Source: Pseudomonadota bacterium
GTDB taxonomy: Bacteria > Bdellovibrionota > FAC87 > UBA2466
Direction: 5' to 3'
DNA length: 35,951 bases
Assembly: GCA_043767805.1 (NCBI GenBank)
Contig: JAYUGC010000062.1
Span: forward strand, 1 to 35,951
Part shown: positions 8,835 to 19,246 of the stretch, in pieces
Numbering within the stretch: position 1 is the stretch's first letter
Layout: each line of letters starts with the position of its first letter
Position numbers and translations under genes: made by a program
Notes under the pieces: generated by a model
The model's database searches: none
Told to the model about the DNA's origin: nothing
Seen by the model: the letters and a program-made list of their open reading frames with translations, nothing else

Positions 8835-9955
8835 ACCGTGCCCCGCAACTTCGAGATGCGGCGCCAAGGAGCCGGGTGAGAGTAGGAAAAGAACTCGATG
8901 ATCGCGTTCGGCTTAAAGAGCCCGCGGTTCTGGAAGGTGAGCCGCTCGAGCGCGTCACCGAGGGGCTTAGCGACGCCGATGGTTTCGGCGCCGAACCGAT
9001 CCGCCTCCCGCTCGCGCTGGCGGGAGAAGGCCACCGTGAGCCAGCCGAACGGCGTTTGTACCACGCTCAAGGTCACGAAAAAGAGGAGCATCCCGAAAGG
9101 CGTTTCCACCGGAGTGTCGAACCAGCGCTCGACGTACGCGCCCATCACCCATTGAGCGAGATAGAAACCAAGCAGCATGGTGAACACGGAAAGCCCAATG
9201 CCTTTCCAAAGATCGTTATGCACCTGGTGGCCGAGCTCGTGAGCGAAAACCGCTTCCACCTCTTCGGCCGGAAATTTCTCGTACAAAGTATCGCCGATGA
9301 GAATACGCTTCGTACGGCCGAGTCCCGTGAACGCCGCGTTTCCCTTTTCGGTTTTGTCCGACATGCCGAGATGAAAGACGTCCTTCACTTCGATGTTGAA
9401 GCGCTTGCAAAGATCGAGAAGCCGCGTTTTCAGTGGGCCCTCCGCCATAGGCTTCAACTTGAAGAAAATCGGGATCAAAAGCACGGGCGCGAGCTGGGCC
9501 AGCAGAATGGAGAAGAGAATCAAAAAGACCGCGCAAATCAGCCACCAGTAAGGCCGCCACAGATGCACCGCCACGAAAATGAACGAAAGCACGATACCGC
9601 CGAGGACGATGCCGACCGCGTAGCCCTTCAGCCGATCGAGAAACCAGGAGCCGTAAGATTGCTTGGAGAGCTGGAACTTGCGCTCGACCCAATGACTCGC
9701 GAGCGACAAAGGAAGCGAGACCACTTCCAAAATAGCGCCCAAACTACCGAAATAGGCGAGCCACACTAAGTAGGAGCTCGAAATACGTTCGCGCAACGCG
9801 TGCTGCAGAGCTTGCCCGCGAGAATCGAGCAGCAACGCCGCTAAAAAGAGAAGCCCCAGAATCCGGCTGGCCCAGCCGACCGCGCGGTGACTCCATAGAT
9901 AGGGTTTGATGGATTGATCGTGAGCGGTCCAGGGAGCGGGAAACGATGGCAACAT
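8831..9955 (-). CDS. M48 family (Ste24/CAAX-like) membrane zinc metallopeptidase
   Basis: NAAFTGLGRTKRIL, AVFAHELGH (HExxH), EREADRF, YSHP...RI; several TM segments. Confidence 0.93.
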   Translation of the reverse strand: MLPSFPAPWTAHDQSIKPYLWSHRAVGWASRILGLLFLAALLLDSRGQALQHALRERISSSYLVWLAYFGSLGAILEVVSLPLSLASHWVERKFQLSKQSYGSWFLDRLKGYAVGIVLGGIVLSFIFVAVHLWRPYWWLICAVFLILFSILLAQLAPVLLIPIFFKLKPMAEGPLKTRLLDLCKRFNIEVKDVFHLGMSDKTEKGNAAFTGLGRTKRILIGDTLYEKFPAEEVEAVFAHELGHQVHNDLWKGIGLSVFTMLLGFYLAQWVMGAYVERWFDTPVETPFGMLLFFVTLSVVQTPFGWLTVAFSRQREREADRFGAETIGVAKPLGDALERLTFQNRGLFKPNAIIEFFSYSHPAPWRRISKLRGTV

Positions 9956-9962
9956 GGGCGCA

Positions 9963-11321
9963 CTATAGCGCGGTGGGCCCGCCCGGGGAAGCCGGACGAG
10001 CGGCCTCTTTGCCTCTTTTGCGTAGGTCCCCGAGCCAGCGGACCGTGGCGTAACTAGTCAGCGAGGCCACCATGAGTGGGAAAATCGCGGAATGACGATC
10101 GGTCATTTCCATGACGATGACCCAGGCCGTGAAAGGAGCGCCGATCACGGCCGATAACCCCGCGGACATTCCGACCAGGACCAGTAAATTATGGCCGGCA
10201 TAGGAGGTGAGTACCGCGATCTTCGATCCGATGGCCGCCCCGAGAGCGAGGGACGGAGCCAAAAAGCCACCCGCCGTTCCCCCCAGGGCCGAGACGGTGG
10301 TACCCAAGAATCTCGACAAAATGAGAAGCCAATCGGCCTTCTGATTGCCGAACAGAAGGCTGTTCAGCTCGTAAATACCGCCCCCGATATTGGCGGGATG
10401 CACGAGGATCGCGAGCGACGCCGTCAGCAATCCCACGGCGAAAGCGATGGCCGTGGGCGTTTTGAAATAGCTTTTGAATCTTTTTTGGAACTCCGGCGAC
10501 GTCATCACGTGAAAAGGGAAAGCGATGGCCCCCACCAAAACCCCGACCAGAAGCGCCCAGGGCAGCGAGCTGAAAGGCACTTCCCCGATGCTGGGATACC
10601 CCAGAAAAAGATAACGGCCTGACACGCCTTGCGACACCACTCCGGCGACGATGGCGGCCCAGAGCACCACCGTTTTAAAACGATGAAAATGCTGCTGCGA
10701 TAATTCCTCGAGAACGAAAACCACTCCGGCCAGCGGAGCATTGAACGCGGCGGCGATTCCCGCCGCCCCTCCCGCGACGATCCAGGAGCGGTGCTCGAAC
10801 TTGGGCCAGAGCCGCTGAAACATCCGGCCCGTCATATAGAAGATACAGGCGGCAATCTGCACCATGGGCCCTTCGCGGCCCAAGGACCCGCAACCCAGGA
10901 TGGCCAGTAGTGAGCTGAGCGCCACCACCAGGGCCACGCGCAAATTGAGGATCTCGTAAATTTTCGCGTCTTGGGTTTGCGGATCTAGGGCGAGAGCCCG
11001 GCCCACTTGAGGGACGCCAGTGCCCCCCGCGTTGGGAGCGAATCGAGTCACGACATAGCTCGCCAACGCGAAGAACAGAGGCGAGGTGACAAAAAGTAAG
11101 TAGGGATGATCCGCGTGCAGCTTTTGCACGAGCACGACCGCGCCCGAGAACAACGCCGAGTAAATGACGGCGACGAAACCGACGAGAATCGCCGCCAGCA
11201 CGTAGGGTACCGCTTGCAGTGTCGGCCGGAGCTCGAGCTGAAGGAGCAGCGTCGCGCGCCAGGCGCCGGAGCGCCATTGCGTCCCGCCCCAGTCATACAA
11301 TCGCCTCAGCTTTTCGAACAT
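9963..11321 (-). CDS. ClC family chloride channel / H+:Cl- antiporter
   Basis: GTGVP, GREGPMVQI, AAFNAPLAG..F.LEE, GG.LAPSL motifs. Confidence 0.93.
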   Translation of the reverse strand: MFEKLRRLYDWGGTQWRSGAWRATLLLQLELRPTLQAVPYVLAAILVGFVAVIYSALFSGAVVLVQKLHADHPYLLFVTSPLFFALASYVVTRFAPNAGGTGVPQVGRALALDPQTQDAKIYEILNLRVALVVALSSLLAILGCGSLGREGPMVQIAACIFYMTGRMFQRLWPKFEHRSWIVAGGAAGIAAAFNAPLAGVVFVLEELSQQHFHRFKTVVLWAAIVAGVVSQGVSGRYLFLGYPSIGEVPFSSLPWALLVGVLVGAIAFPFHVMTSPEFQKRFKSYFKTPTAIAFAVGLLTASLAILVHPANIGGGIYELNSLLFGNQKADWLLILSRFLGTTVSALGGTAGGFLAPSLALGAAIGSKIAVLTSYAGHNLLVLVGMSAGLSAVIGAPFTAWVIVMEMTDRHSAIFPLMVASLTSYATVRWLGDLRKRGKEAARPASPGGPTAL

Positions 11322-11360
11322 CCGACGATTAAATCAGTGTTCGAACCCCTACTCAACCTC

Positions 11361-11831
11361 TTAGTACGCCCAGTACTGAGGATAAGGTTGCGCGAAGTAT
11401 TGCACGACCGAGATGCGCGATTGCACCTGTTGCAACGCCGAGTCTGCCATTGCCTGGAGTACCGGATCGCCGAACTGCTCAATGAGTTGCTTGAATTGCA
11501 CGATCTCATCTTTTTGGCGATTCAAGTCTCGAAGCAAGGATTGGAGATAGAGCTGATCCGGGCCGTAAGACGGAAAGAACGGGCCGTAATAGAGCGGAAC
11601 CCCGTAGTTCGTCGCGGGCACGCTGCCGACTCCCGGAGAGACCGGATAAATGTCGGGCTGAGAAATACTGCAATACGTTTGCTCGCACTGGGCCCGGCAG
11701 GAAGAGGCCGAGCAGCTATTCACGCAGCTCGTGCGCGCGGGCTCGGCGCATTGATAATTCGCGGCCAGAGAGCTCTTGGGAAAGAGCGTGATGAAAACCA
11801 AGAAAAGAAAAAGAGAATGATGTTGCTTCAT
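11361..11831 (-). CDS. Small secreted Cys-rich, Tyr/Pro/Gln-rich protein
   Basis: Signal peptide; C-x7-CxxxCxxxxCxxxCxxxxC; SD-like GGGGGA upstream; sigma54 promoter. Confidence 0.75.
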   Translation of the reverse strand: MKQHHSLFLFLVFITLFPKSSLAANYQCAEPARTSCVNSCSASSCRAQCEQTYCSISQPDIYPVSPGVGSVPATNYGVPLYYGPFFPSYGPDQLYLQSLLRDLNRQKDEIVQFKQLIEQFGDPVLQAMADSALQQVQSRISVVQYFAQPYPQYWAY

Positions 11832-11862
11832 GCTGTTGTCCCCCGTTGCTGGGAACTAGAAG

Positions 11863-11878
11863 AGCAAGAGGGGTGCCA
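11863..11878 (-). promoter_or_regulatory. sigma54 (-24/-12) promoter
   Basis: Minus strand TGGCACCCCTCTTGCT matches the consensus TGGCAC-N5-TTGCW, ~32 nt upstream of ATG 11831. Confidence 0.85.
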
Positions 11879-12128
11879 GATTTTCCCGCAGGGAAAAACG
11901 AAAGGGTTCGATCAAGAATGGAACGCGGGAGTGGCGGGCCGCGCCTGGCGGGTGTCACAAGAACGCTAAACCTCACTAGAATTCGTGCACCCGTCGAAGC
12001 TTGGTACGATCGACTGGGAGTTGAACGCCTTTTTCAGACCAGAGCGAGGCAGGCGGAGAAGAGGGCTGCCAGGTAACACACGATCATCCAGAGACGGGCG
12101 GGACTTTCGGTGGCGCGATCCATGACTA

Positions 12129-12174
12129 CCCCCTATTACCTTTATCGGAAGGCCCGCCTTTTCAGGTAATGGGG
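12129..12174 (-). terminator. Hairpin downstream of aconitase, possible terminator
   Basis: cccc(t)attacct ... aggtaatgggg enclosing aaggc/gcctt; no clear U-tract. Confidence 0.4.
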
Positions 12175-12198
12175 CGCCGCGTTCTTCCGCCTGCAGCC

Positions 12199-14463
12199 TT
12201 AAGCCATCAAGTTCAGCGCGGAACCCGCCTTAAACCATTCGATCTGATCCGACGTCATGGAATGGGCAAGCGTCAGCCGATCCTCGCGGCCGTCCGTGTG
12301 ATGGAGGACCATCGTCACTTCCGACTTAGGTCTCAGATCCTTCAGATTGAGCAAGCTCACCCGATCGGTCTCCAAAACCTTGTCGTAATCCGCGGGCGAC
12401 TTGAAGGTCAGCGGCAAGAGGCCTTGCTTTTTCAAGTTCGTCTCGTGGATACGCGCGAAGCTTTTCACGATGATGGCGGCCGCTCCCAGGAACCGAGGCT
12501 CCATGGCCGCGTGCTCGCGGCTCGAGCCTTCGCCGTAGTTATCATCGCCGACCACCAGCCAGCGTAGTCCGTCGGCTTTGTAATGGCGCGCAATCTTCGG
12601 AATGGGTAAGCCCCGCTCGCCGGAGAGCTGATCGAGGCCTTTGCCCGCTTCCCCCGTGAACGCGTTGATGGCGCCCGTGAACATATTGTCGCTGATGTTA
12701 TCCAAGTGACCGCGGAAGCGGAGCCAGGGCCCCGCCGGCGAAATATGATCCGTGGTGCATTTGCCTTTGGCTTTCAAAAGAAGCGGAAGGCTCAGGAAGT
12801 CCTTGCCGTCCCATTTCGCGAAAGGCTTCAGAAGCTGAAGGCGCTGGCTCGCCGGATCGACCCGCACTTCGACGCTGCTGCCGTCGAGTGGCGGCTCCAC
12901 GTAACCCGCATCTCCCGCGACGAATCCGTTTTTAGGAAGATCCGGAGCGGGGGCCGGAGCATTCAGCTTCACCGTCTTGCCGCCGGGAGCCGCGAGGGTG
13001 TCTTTTTCGGGATTGAAGGACAATTTCCCGCCAAGGCCCAGCGCGATCACCACTTCGGGACTACCGATGAAAGAAAGCGTCTCCGCGTTTCCGTCGTTTC
13101 TCGCCGGAAAATTGCGGTTGAAGGAGCTCAAGATGGAGTTCGACTCGCCTTGCTTGATGTCGTGGCGTTTCCACTGGCCGATGCATGGACCGCAGGCGTT
13201 AGCAAGAACGCTCGCGCCAATGGCTTCAAGATCCGCCATCTGTCCGTCCCGCTTGATGGTGTCGTAAATCTGAATGGAGCCGGGAGAAACGAGCAGCGGA
13301 ATGTTCAGCTTGAGGCCGGCCGCTTTAGCCTGGCGCGCGACATCCGCCGCGCGCGAGATGTCTTCATAAGAAGAGTTCGTGCAACTTCCGATGAGCACCG
13401 AGGAAAGCTTGTCGGGGTAGCCCTTCGCCTTCACTTCAGCTCCCAATTGAGAGAGCGGGCGGCAGGCATCCGGAGAGTGCGGTCCGACGATTTGCGGTTC
13501 CAGCGTCGAGAGATCGATCTCGATGACCTGTTCGTAATACTTCTCGGGGTGCTTCTCGACCTCCGGATCGGCCTGGAGCCAGGCCGCGTTTTTCTCGCCG
13601 AGCTCCGCGAGAGCCGCGCGGTTCGTCCCGCGCAGGTAACGGGCCATGGGAACGTCGAAGGGGAAAACGGAAGTCGTCGCGCCGAGCTCCGCGCCCATGT
13701 TCGTGATGGTGCCCTTGCCCGTGCAAGAGATGGTACGGGCGCCGGGGCCGAAATATTCGATGATGCGGTTCGTGCCGCCGCGAACGGTGAGAATACCGAG
13801 GAGCTTTAAAATGACGTCTTTCGGCGCCGTCCAGCCCTTCATCTCTCCGGTGAGCCGCACGCCGATGATTTTCGGGTTCTTCACTTCCCAGGGAAGCCCC
13901 GCCATCACGTCCACCGCGTCCGCGCCGCCGACTCCAATGGCCAGCATGCCGAGACCGCCGCCGTTTGGCGTGTGGGAATCGGTTCCGATGATGAGAGCGC
14001 CCGGGAACGCGTAGTTCTCGAGAACGACCTGATGGATGATCCCCGAGCCGGGCTTCCAAAATCCGATGCCGGCCTTCTGGCAGGCGGTTTCCAAAAACTG
14101 ATAGACCTCTTGGTTCTCGTCGAGAGCCGTCCTCATGTCGGCTCCGGCCCCCCGTTCAGCGCGTATCAAATGATCGCAATGTACGGTGGTCGGTACCGCG
14201 GTCTGTTTGCGGCCCGCGCTCAAGTACTGAAGGATAGCCATCTGGGCCGTGGCGTCTTGCATGCAAACCCGGTCGGGGTGCAGCTGCAAAATGCTCTCTC
14301 CGGCGGTCAAATCCTGACCGTCCGGGTCATGAAGGTGACCGAAGAGAATCTTCTCGGCCAGCGTCAATTTCCGATTGAGACGCTTGGAAGCGCGCGTGGC
14401 GCGCCCCTCCAGCTGCTGATACGCTTTAACCACTAGTTCTTTACTTGTTGCGATTCGACTCAT
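12199..14463 (-). CDS. acnA: Aconitate hydratase (mitochondrial-type, ~754 aa)
   Basis: DRVCMQDATAQMA, HCDH, GTDSHTPN, IGSCTNSSYED, NACGPCIGQW, TTDHISPAG, GEGSSREHAA; start at ATG 14463. Confidence 0.95.
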   Translation of the reverse strand: MSRIATSKELVVKAYQQLEGRATRASKRLNRKLTLAEKILFGHLHDPDGQDLTAGESILQLHPDRVCMQDATAQMAILQYLSAGRKQTAVPTTVHCDHLIRAERGAGADMRTALDENQEVYQFLETACQKAGIGFWKPGSGIIHQVVLENYAFPGALIIGTDSHTPNGGGLGMLAIGVGGADAVDVMAGLPWEVKNPKIIGVRLTGEMKGWTAPKDVILKLLGILTVRGGTNRIIEYFGPGARTISCTGKGTITNMGAELGATTSVFPFDVPMARYLRGTNRAALAELGEKNAAWLQADPEVEKHPEKYYEQVIEIDLSTLEPQIVGPHSPDACRPLSQLGAEVKAKGYPDKLSSVLIGSCTNSSYEDISRAADVARQAKAAGLKLNIPLLVSPGSIQIYDTIKRDGQMADLEAIGASVLANACGPCIGQWKRHDIKQGESNSILSSFNRNFPARNDGNAETLSFIGSPEVVIALGLGGKLSFNPEKDTLAAPGGKTVKLNAPAPAPDLPKNGFVAGDAGYVEPPLDGSSVEVRVDPASQRLQLLKPFAKWDGKDFLSLPLLLKAKGKCTTDHISPAGPWLRFRGHLDNISDNMFTGAINAFTGEAGKGLDQLSGERGLPIPKIARHYKADGLRWLVVGDDNYGEGSSREHAAMEPRFLGAAAIIVKSFARIHETNLKKQGLLPLTFKSPADYDKVLETDRVSLLNLKDLRPKSEVTMVLHHTDGREDRLTLAHSMTSDQIEWFKAGSALNLMA

Positions 14464-14473
14464 GATGGCGGGG

Positions 14474-14520
14474 ATTATCCTGCCGGTAGCGTTGCCAGTC
14501 AATTTGTCGGCGGCTATTAT
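14474..14520. promoter_or_regulatory. Overlapping divergent sigma70-type promoters
   Basis: Minus: TTGACT-17-GATAAT (14502-14474) for aconitase. Plus: TTGCCA-17-TATTAT (14492-14520) for the 14537 gene. Confidence 0.75.
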
Positions 14521-14536
14521 ATGAGGAATTTCTCCT

Positions 14537-15484
14537 ATGAAACCAATCTGGTTCACGGTCGCGGTCTTAGCCACGGCTCTTGCGATGGCACTGGCTGCGT
14601 TTCCGTCTCTGGCGGAGGACGCGCCATTGTCTCAAGCCGGCTTGGTCCAATACCAGGAACAGCTCCAAAAAATCATCCAGGACGATTACGCCAAAAAGGT
14701 CCAGGAGTTCGCCAATCAGTACGGCGGTAAGCCCGACCCGCAAAAATATCAGGAATACCAGCAACAACTCGGCGCTCAGTACCAGCAGCTCTACCAGCAA
14801 AAGGTTCAGGAATATCAGACGCTGATGCAGCAACAACAGGCCGCCGCCGCGCCCGCTCCCCAGCAAGCCACGCCCGAAGTACCGCCGCCCCCACCGCCTC
14901 AGACGCAGCGTCTGTTACCTGAAATTATCGCCGCGCCGCAAAATTCTCCGCCGCCGCCCGCTCCTTCTGGGAGCACGCAGAAATCCGGGGAAGCGCCCCG
15001 CGGCCTAGGTTTGAGTCTGCTCGCGGCCACGCCGCTTGGCTCCTCCAACCAGTACGATGCTCCCTTTAAAGCCTTCGGCGCGTTGGGGCTTCTTTCCATT
15101 CCCTTGGGACGATGGGGCGCCTCGACTTGGATCCAAAGCGAAGTCGGCTTTGGCGGCGTCTTCACGACCCTCGTCCCCGCCATCGGAAAGAGCTTCAATC
15201 ACGCGACTTTCGATTTCCCGATCCGCTTCAAGCTGATCTTCCCCCTGAACGAAAAAGGCCTGGTGGGGGAGCTCATCGCCGGCGGAACGCTGCGCTTCTT
15301 TCAATACAACGACAACCCGCACATCCTGAACGCGGGACTTCTCAAAGACGATACGGGCATGTTCCATCCGGAAGTCGCCCTGGGAATTTCCATCCCCCTC
15401 TCCGCCACTCTCCGCGGCCGAATCATCGCCGGGTTGATGTACCTTTCGTTCGGGCTCGAGCTGGGGCTCGATTGCAGACCCTGA
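14537..15484 (+). CDS. Secreted or outer-membrane protein: Gln-rich helical N-domain, Pro-rich linker, probable C-terminal beta-barrel
   Basis: Signal peptide; QKYQEYQQQLGAQYQQLYQQ; PPPPPP; alternating beta-strand pattern ending YLSFGLELGL; GAGG SD. Confidence 0.75.
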   Translation: MKPIWFTVAVLATALAMALAAFPSLAEDAPLSQAGLVQYQEQLQKIIQDDYAKKVQEFANQYGGKPDPQKYQEYQQQLGAQYQQLYQQKVQEYQTLMQQQQAAAAPAPQQATPEVPPPPPPQTQRLLPEIIAAPQNSPPPPAPSGSTQKSGEAPRGLGLSLLAATPLGSSNQYDAPFKAFGALGLLSIPLGRWGASTWIQSEVGFGGVFTTLVPAIGKSFNHATFDFPIRFKLIFPLNEKGLVGELIAGGTLRFFQYNDNPHILNAGLLKDDTGMFHPEVALGISIPLSATLRGRIIAGLMYLSFGLELGLDCRP

Positions 15485-15508
15485 GGGATGGCGCCGAAAG
15501 GCGTTCCC
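15485..15508 (+). terminator. Probable intrinsic terminator with GAAA tetraloop
   Basis: gggatggcgcc-gaaa-ggcgttccc followed by atttagtt immediately after the stop codon. Confidence 0.6.
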
Positions 15509-15562
15509 ATTTAGTTAATCTTATGTCGTAATGAGGTACGACTTTTTTTGGATTAAAACACC

Positions 15563-16225
15563 GTGACACACTTTTTCTGCACGACCGTAGGACGTAAAAC
15601 CCTCGTCGCCGTAACGGGATTCGCCATCTCCGGGTTCGCGCTGCTCCACATGAGCGGGAACCTGCTCCTCTTCGCAGGAGCGGAAGCCTATAACAAGTAC
15701 TGTTATCAGCTGACCCACAATAAGGCGTTCGCTTACACGGGCGAGGTCATCCTCGGATCGCTTTTCCTGGTCCACATCCTCGTCGCCCTCCGCCTCGCTT
15801 GGTTGAACCGCCAAGCCAGGTTCGTGAAGCCGGTCTGTGCCGGTAGCGGCGAGAAACGGGCCACGTTCGCTTCGCGCACCATGGTGTACACGGGCCTGCT
15901 TCTGCTCGTGTTCCTAGTCTGGCATTTGAAAAGTTTCCGCTTCGGCGAAGAGACCACCGTCGTTTACGACGGCGTCACCATGCGCGATCTCTACTCGCTC
16001 GTGGTGCACGAGTTCCAAGAGACCGGGGAAATTATCTTTTACTGCTTCTCAGTCTTGGTGCTGGGCCTACATTTGAGTCACGGCATCTCGGCGCTCTTTC
16101 AATCCTTGGGTCTCGCGTCTTCGGGGAGCTGCAAGCTCCGGCTCTTCGCCTACGGCTTTGCTCTCATCGTCGCGGGTGGTTTTCTGAGCCAGCCCCTCTA
16201 CCTTTACTTTGCGGGAGGGCGCTAA
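15563..16225 (+). CDS. sdhC: Succinate dehydrogenase/fumarate reductase cytochrome b subunit
   Basis: TTVGRK.LVAVTG, HMSGNL, HI, WHL, HLSHG.S..FQSLG heme-ligand pattern. Confidence 0.93.
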   Translation: MTHFFCTTVGRKTLVAVTGFAISGFALLHMSGNLLLFAGAEAYNKYCYQLTHNKAFAYTGEVILGSLFLVHILVALRLAWLNRQARFVKPVCAGSGEKRATFASRTMVYTGLLLLVFLVWHLKSFRFGEETTVVYDGVTMRDLYSLVVHEFQETGEIIFYCFSVLVLGLHLSHGISALFQSLGLASSGSCKLRLFAYGFALIVAGGFLSQPLYLYFAGGR

Positions 16226-16228
16226 GCC

Positions 16229-18172
16229 ATGGCTGAAACCACGACGCCTTCGTCTACTTCCAAACTGAACGCGAACACGCCTTCGGGCCCCATCGAAAAA
16301 GCGTGGAGCACTCGAAAATTCGAGAACAAGCTCGTCGCCCCCGGCAATCGCAAGAAGTACCGGGTCATCGTCGTTGGTTCCGGCCTCGCGGGCGCTTCCG
16401 CCGCGGCGACTTTGGGCGAGCAAGGGTACTCGGTCAAATGCTTCACGTTCCATGACAGCCCTCGCCGCGCGCACTCCATCGCGGCCCAGGGCGGAATCAA
16501 CGCCGCGAAGAACTACCAAAACGACGGCGATTCCATTTACCGGCTTTTCTACGACACCGTTAAGGGCGGCGACTTCCGTGCCCGCGAAGCGAACGTCTAT
16601 CGTTTGGCGGAATTGTCGGTGAACATCATCGACCAGTGCGTCGCCCAAGGAGTGCCCTTCGCCCGTGAATACGGCGGTACGCTGACGAACCGCTCTTTCG
16701 GCGGCACCCAAGTTTCCCGAACGTTTTATGCTCGCGGCCAGACGGGTCAGCAGCTTCTGCTCGGCGCTTACAGCGCTTTAATGCGGCAAGTGGGCCAAAA
16801 GGCCGTGGATCTGTACCCGCGCCACGAGATGCTGGACCTCGTCGTCATCGATGGCAAAGCGCGCGGCATCGTGGCCCGCAATCTCATCACCGGCGAAGTG
16901 TCGACCCATGTGGCCGACGCCGTGGTGCTTGCGAGCGGCGGCTACGGCAACGTCTTCTTTCTTTCGACCAACGCGAAAAAATCCAACGCGACGGCCATCT
17001 GGCGCGCGCACAAGCGCGGCGCTTTCTTCGCCAATCCCTGCTTCACTCAGATTCACCCGACCTGCATTCCGGTGACCGGCGAGCATCAGTCGAAGCTGAC
17101 GTTGATGTCGGAGTCGCTTCGTAACGACGGCCGCGTCTGGGTTCCGAAGAAGACGGGCGACAAGCGCCCCGCGGATCAGATTCCGGAAGGCGAGCGCGAT
17201 TACTATCTCGAGCGCCAGTACCCGAGCTTCGGCAATCTCGTCCCCCGGGACGTGGCGAGCCGGGCGGCCAAGCGCATGTGCGACGAAGGCCGTGGCGTGG
17301 GTTCCTCGGGCCTCGCCGTGTTTCTCGATTTCGCGGACGCCATCAAGCGTCTCGGCGAGCCCACCATTCGGGCTCGTTACGGCAATCTTTTCCAGATGTA
17401 CGACAAGATTACCGACGAGGATCCATACAAGCTGCCCATGCGCATCTACCCGGCCATTCACTATGTGATGGGCGGTCTCTGGGTCGACTATCAATTGATG
17501 AGCACCATCCCCGGCCTATTCGTCGCGGGAGAAGCGAACTTTTCCGATCACGGCGCGAACCGCCTCGGCGCCTCCGCCCTCATGCAGGGCTTGGCCGACG
17601 GCTACTTCGTCCTTCCCTACACGCTCGGCAACTACCTCGCCTCGACTCCATTCAAGCCGGTGGAGCTCAGCGCTCCGGAGTTCAAGAGCGCGGCGAACGA
17701 AGTCCAAACGCAGATCGATCGCCTCTTTAAGATCAAGGGCAAGCAGCCGGCGGACATCCTTCACCGGCGCCTGGGAAAAATCATGTGGGACCATTGCGGC
17801 ATGGGCCGCACGGAAGAAGGCCTAAAAGCAGGCATCTCGCAGATCCAAAGCCTGCGCGAAGAGTTCTGGAACGACATCAGCATCCCCGGCGAAGGCAATC
17901 GCTGGAACACGGAGTTCGAGAACGCGGGCCGCGTCGCCGACTACATCGAGCTCGGTGAACTCATGTGCCGTGACGCCTTGGAGCGTAAAGAGTCCTGCGG
18001 CGGTCACTTCCGCGAAGAGATGCAGACGCCGGAAGGAGAAGCCCTCCGTGACGACGATAATTTCGCGCACGCGGCCGCCTGGGAGTACACGGGCGACAAG
18101 AAGCCCGAGATTCGCCACAAAGAGCCTTTGAAATTCGAGTACGTGAAGCTCGCTCAGCGTAGCTACAAATAA
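16229..18172 (+). CDS. sdhA: Succinate dehydrogenase/fumarate reductase flavoprotein subunit
   Basis: [51 protein letters not shown]. Confidence 0.96.
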   Translation: MAETTTPSSTSKLNANTPSGPIEKAWSTRKFENKLVAPGNRKKYRVIVVGSGLAGASAAATLGEQGYSVKCFTFHDSPRRAHSIAAQGGINAAKNYQNDGDSIYRLFYDTVKGGDFRAREANVYRLAELSVNIIDQCVAQGVPFAREYGGTLTNRSFGGTQVSRTFYARGQTGQQLLLGAYSALMRQVGQKAVDLYPRHEMLDLVVIDGKARGIVARNLITGEVSTHVADAVVLASGGYGNVFFLSTNAKKSNATAIWRAHKRGAFFANPCFTQIHPTCIPVTGEHQSKLTLMSESLRNDGRVWVPKKTGDKRPADQIPEGERDYYLERQYPSFGNLVPRDVASRAAKRMCDEGRGVGSSGLAVFLDFADAIKRLGEPTIRARYGNLFQMYDKITDEDPYKLPMRIYPAIHYVMGGLWVDYQLMSTIPGLFVAGEANFSDHGANRLGASALMQGLADGYFVLPYTLGNYLASTPFKPVELSAPEFKSAANEVQTQIDRLFKIKGKQPADILHRRLGKIMWDHCGMGRTEEGLKAGISQIQSLREEFWNDISIPGEGNRWNTEFENAGRVADYIELGELMCRDALERKESCGGHFREEMQTPEGEALRDDDNFAHAAAWEYTGDKKPEIRHKEPLKFEYVKLAQRSYK

Positions 18173-18187
18173 GAAAGGAGACGAGCC

Positions 18188-18934
18188 ATGCGATTTAACC
18201 TGAAGATCTGGCGCCAGACGGGCCCTAAAGCCCCCGGCAAGTTCGTCGACTATTCGATTGATAAGATTTCCTCGGACATGTCCTTCCTGGAGATGATCGA
18301 TGAGTTAAATAACGGGCTCGTCGCCAAAGGCGAAGACCCGGTCTCCTTCGATCACGATTGCCGCGAAGGCATCTGCGGCTCCTGCTCCATGATGATTAAC
18401 GGTAACGCCCACGGGCCCGACAAGGGCACGGCCACCTGCCAGCTGCACATGCGGCGGTTCAAGGACGGAGACTCTCTCACTATCGAACCTTGGCGCGCGA
18501 AAGCGTTCCCGATCGTCCGCGATCTCGTCACCGATCGCTCGGCGTTCGATACCATCATCGCTTCTGGCGGCTATGTTTCCATCAATACGGGAAACGCGAC
18601 CGAAGCGAACGCAAACCTCGTCGGCTACGACCGAGCGGAGAGCGCCATGGATTCCGCGGCCTGCATCGGCTGCGGAGCCTGTGTGGCGGCCTGTAAGAAC
18701 TCTTCCGCCATGCTTTTCGTCGGGGCGAAAGTGGCGCATCTCGCGAAATTGCCTCAAGGCCAGCCCGAGCGCTCCAAGCGCGCGGTTGCCATGGTGAAGA
18801 CCATGGACGAAGCCGGCTTCGGCGCCTGTTCCAACACGGGTGCTTGTGAGGCGGCTTGCCCCAAGGAAATTACGCTCGACAATATCGCGCAGTTAAACCG
18901 CGAGCTGATGCGCGGCTCGCTCTGCGGCAAGTAG
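18188..18934 (+). CDS. sdhB: Succinate dehydrogenase/fumarate reductase iron-sulfur subunit
   Basis: [40 protein letters not shown]. Confidence 0.96.
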   Translation: MRFNLKIWRQTGPKAPGKFVDYSIDKISSDMSFLEMIDELNNGLVAKGEDPVSFDHDCREGICGSCSMMINGNAHGPDKGTATCQLHMRRFKDGDSLTIEPWRAKAFPIVRDLVTDRSAFDTIIASGGYVSINTGNATEANANLVGYDRAESAMDSAACIGCGACVAACKNSSAMLFVGAKVAHLAKLPQGQPERSKRAVAMVKTMDEAGFGACSNTGACEAACPKEITLDNIAQLNRELMRGSLCGK

Positions 18935-18937
18935 CCT

Positions 18938-19243
18938 CTACCGCCGAGACAGGCTTCCCATCTCGGCGCGTATTTCCGCGCGGATGTCTTTTAGGGTCAG
19001 GGCTTCGTCCGTGGCAGCGCCGTTCACTGTCTTTAGCTTTTCGACGCCCAGAATTCGCCACGCTTCGAACCGATCTCTCCAAAAGAAATCTTCCTGAATG
19101 CGGTAAGAGAGCTCGTTTTTCGAAAGCAGTCCGTTTCTCTCTAGGGCGACGAGATCTCGCACATACGCATCCGTTTCGAGCTCCGGATAAGCCTTTCCTG
19201 GCGTGTGAATAGGCCGTCTAGATTCAGTGACGATCGAGCGCAA
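18938..19243 (-). CDS. Small hypothetical protein (start uncertain)
   Basis: Fills the gap between the sdhB stop and the KH gene stop; plausible composition; likely co-transcribed with the KH gene. Confidence 0.5.
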   Translation of the reverse strand: MRSIVTESRRPIHTPGKAYPELETDAYVRDLVALERNGLLSKNELSYRIQEDFFWRDRFEAWRILGVEKLKTVNGAATDEALTLKDIRAEIRAEMGSLSRR

Positions 19244-19246
19244 GAC

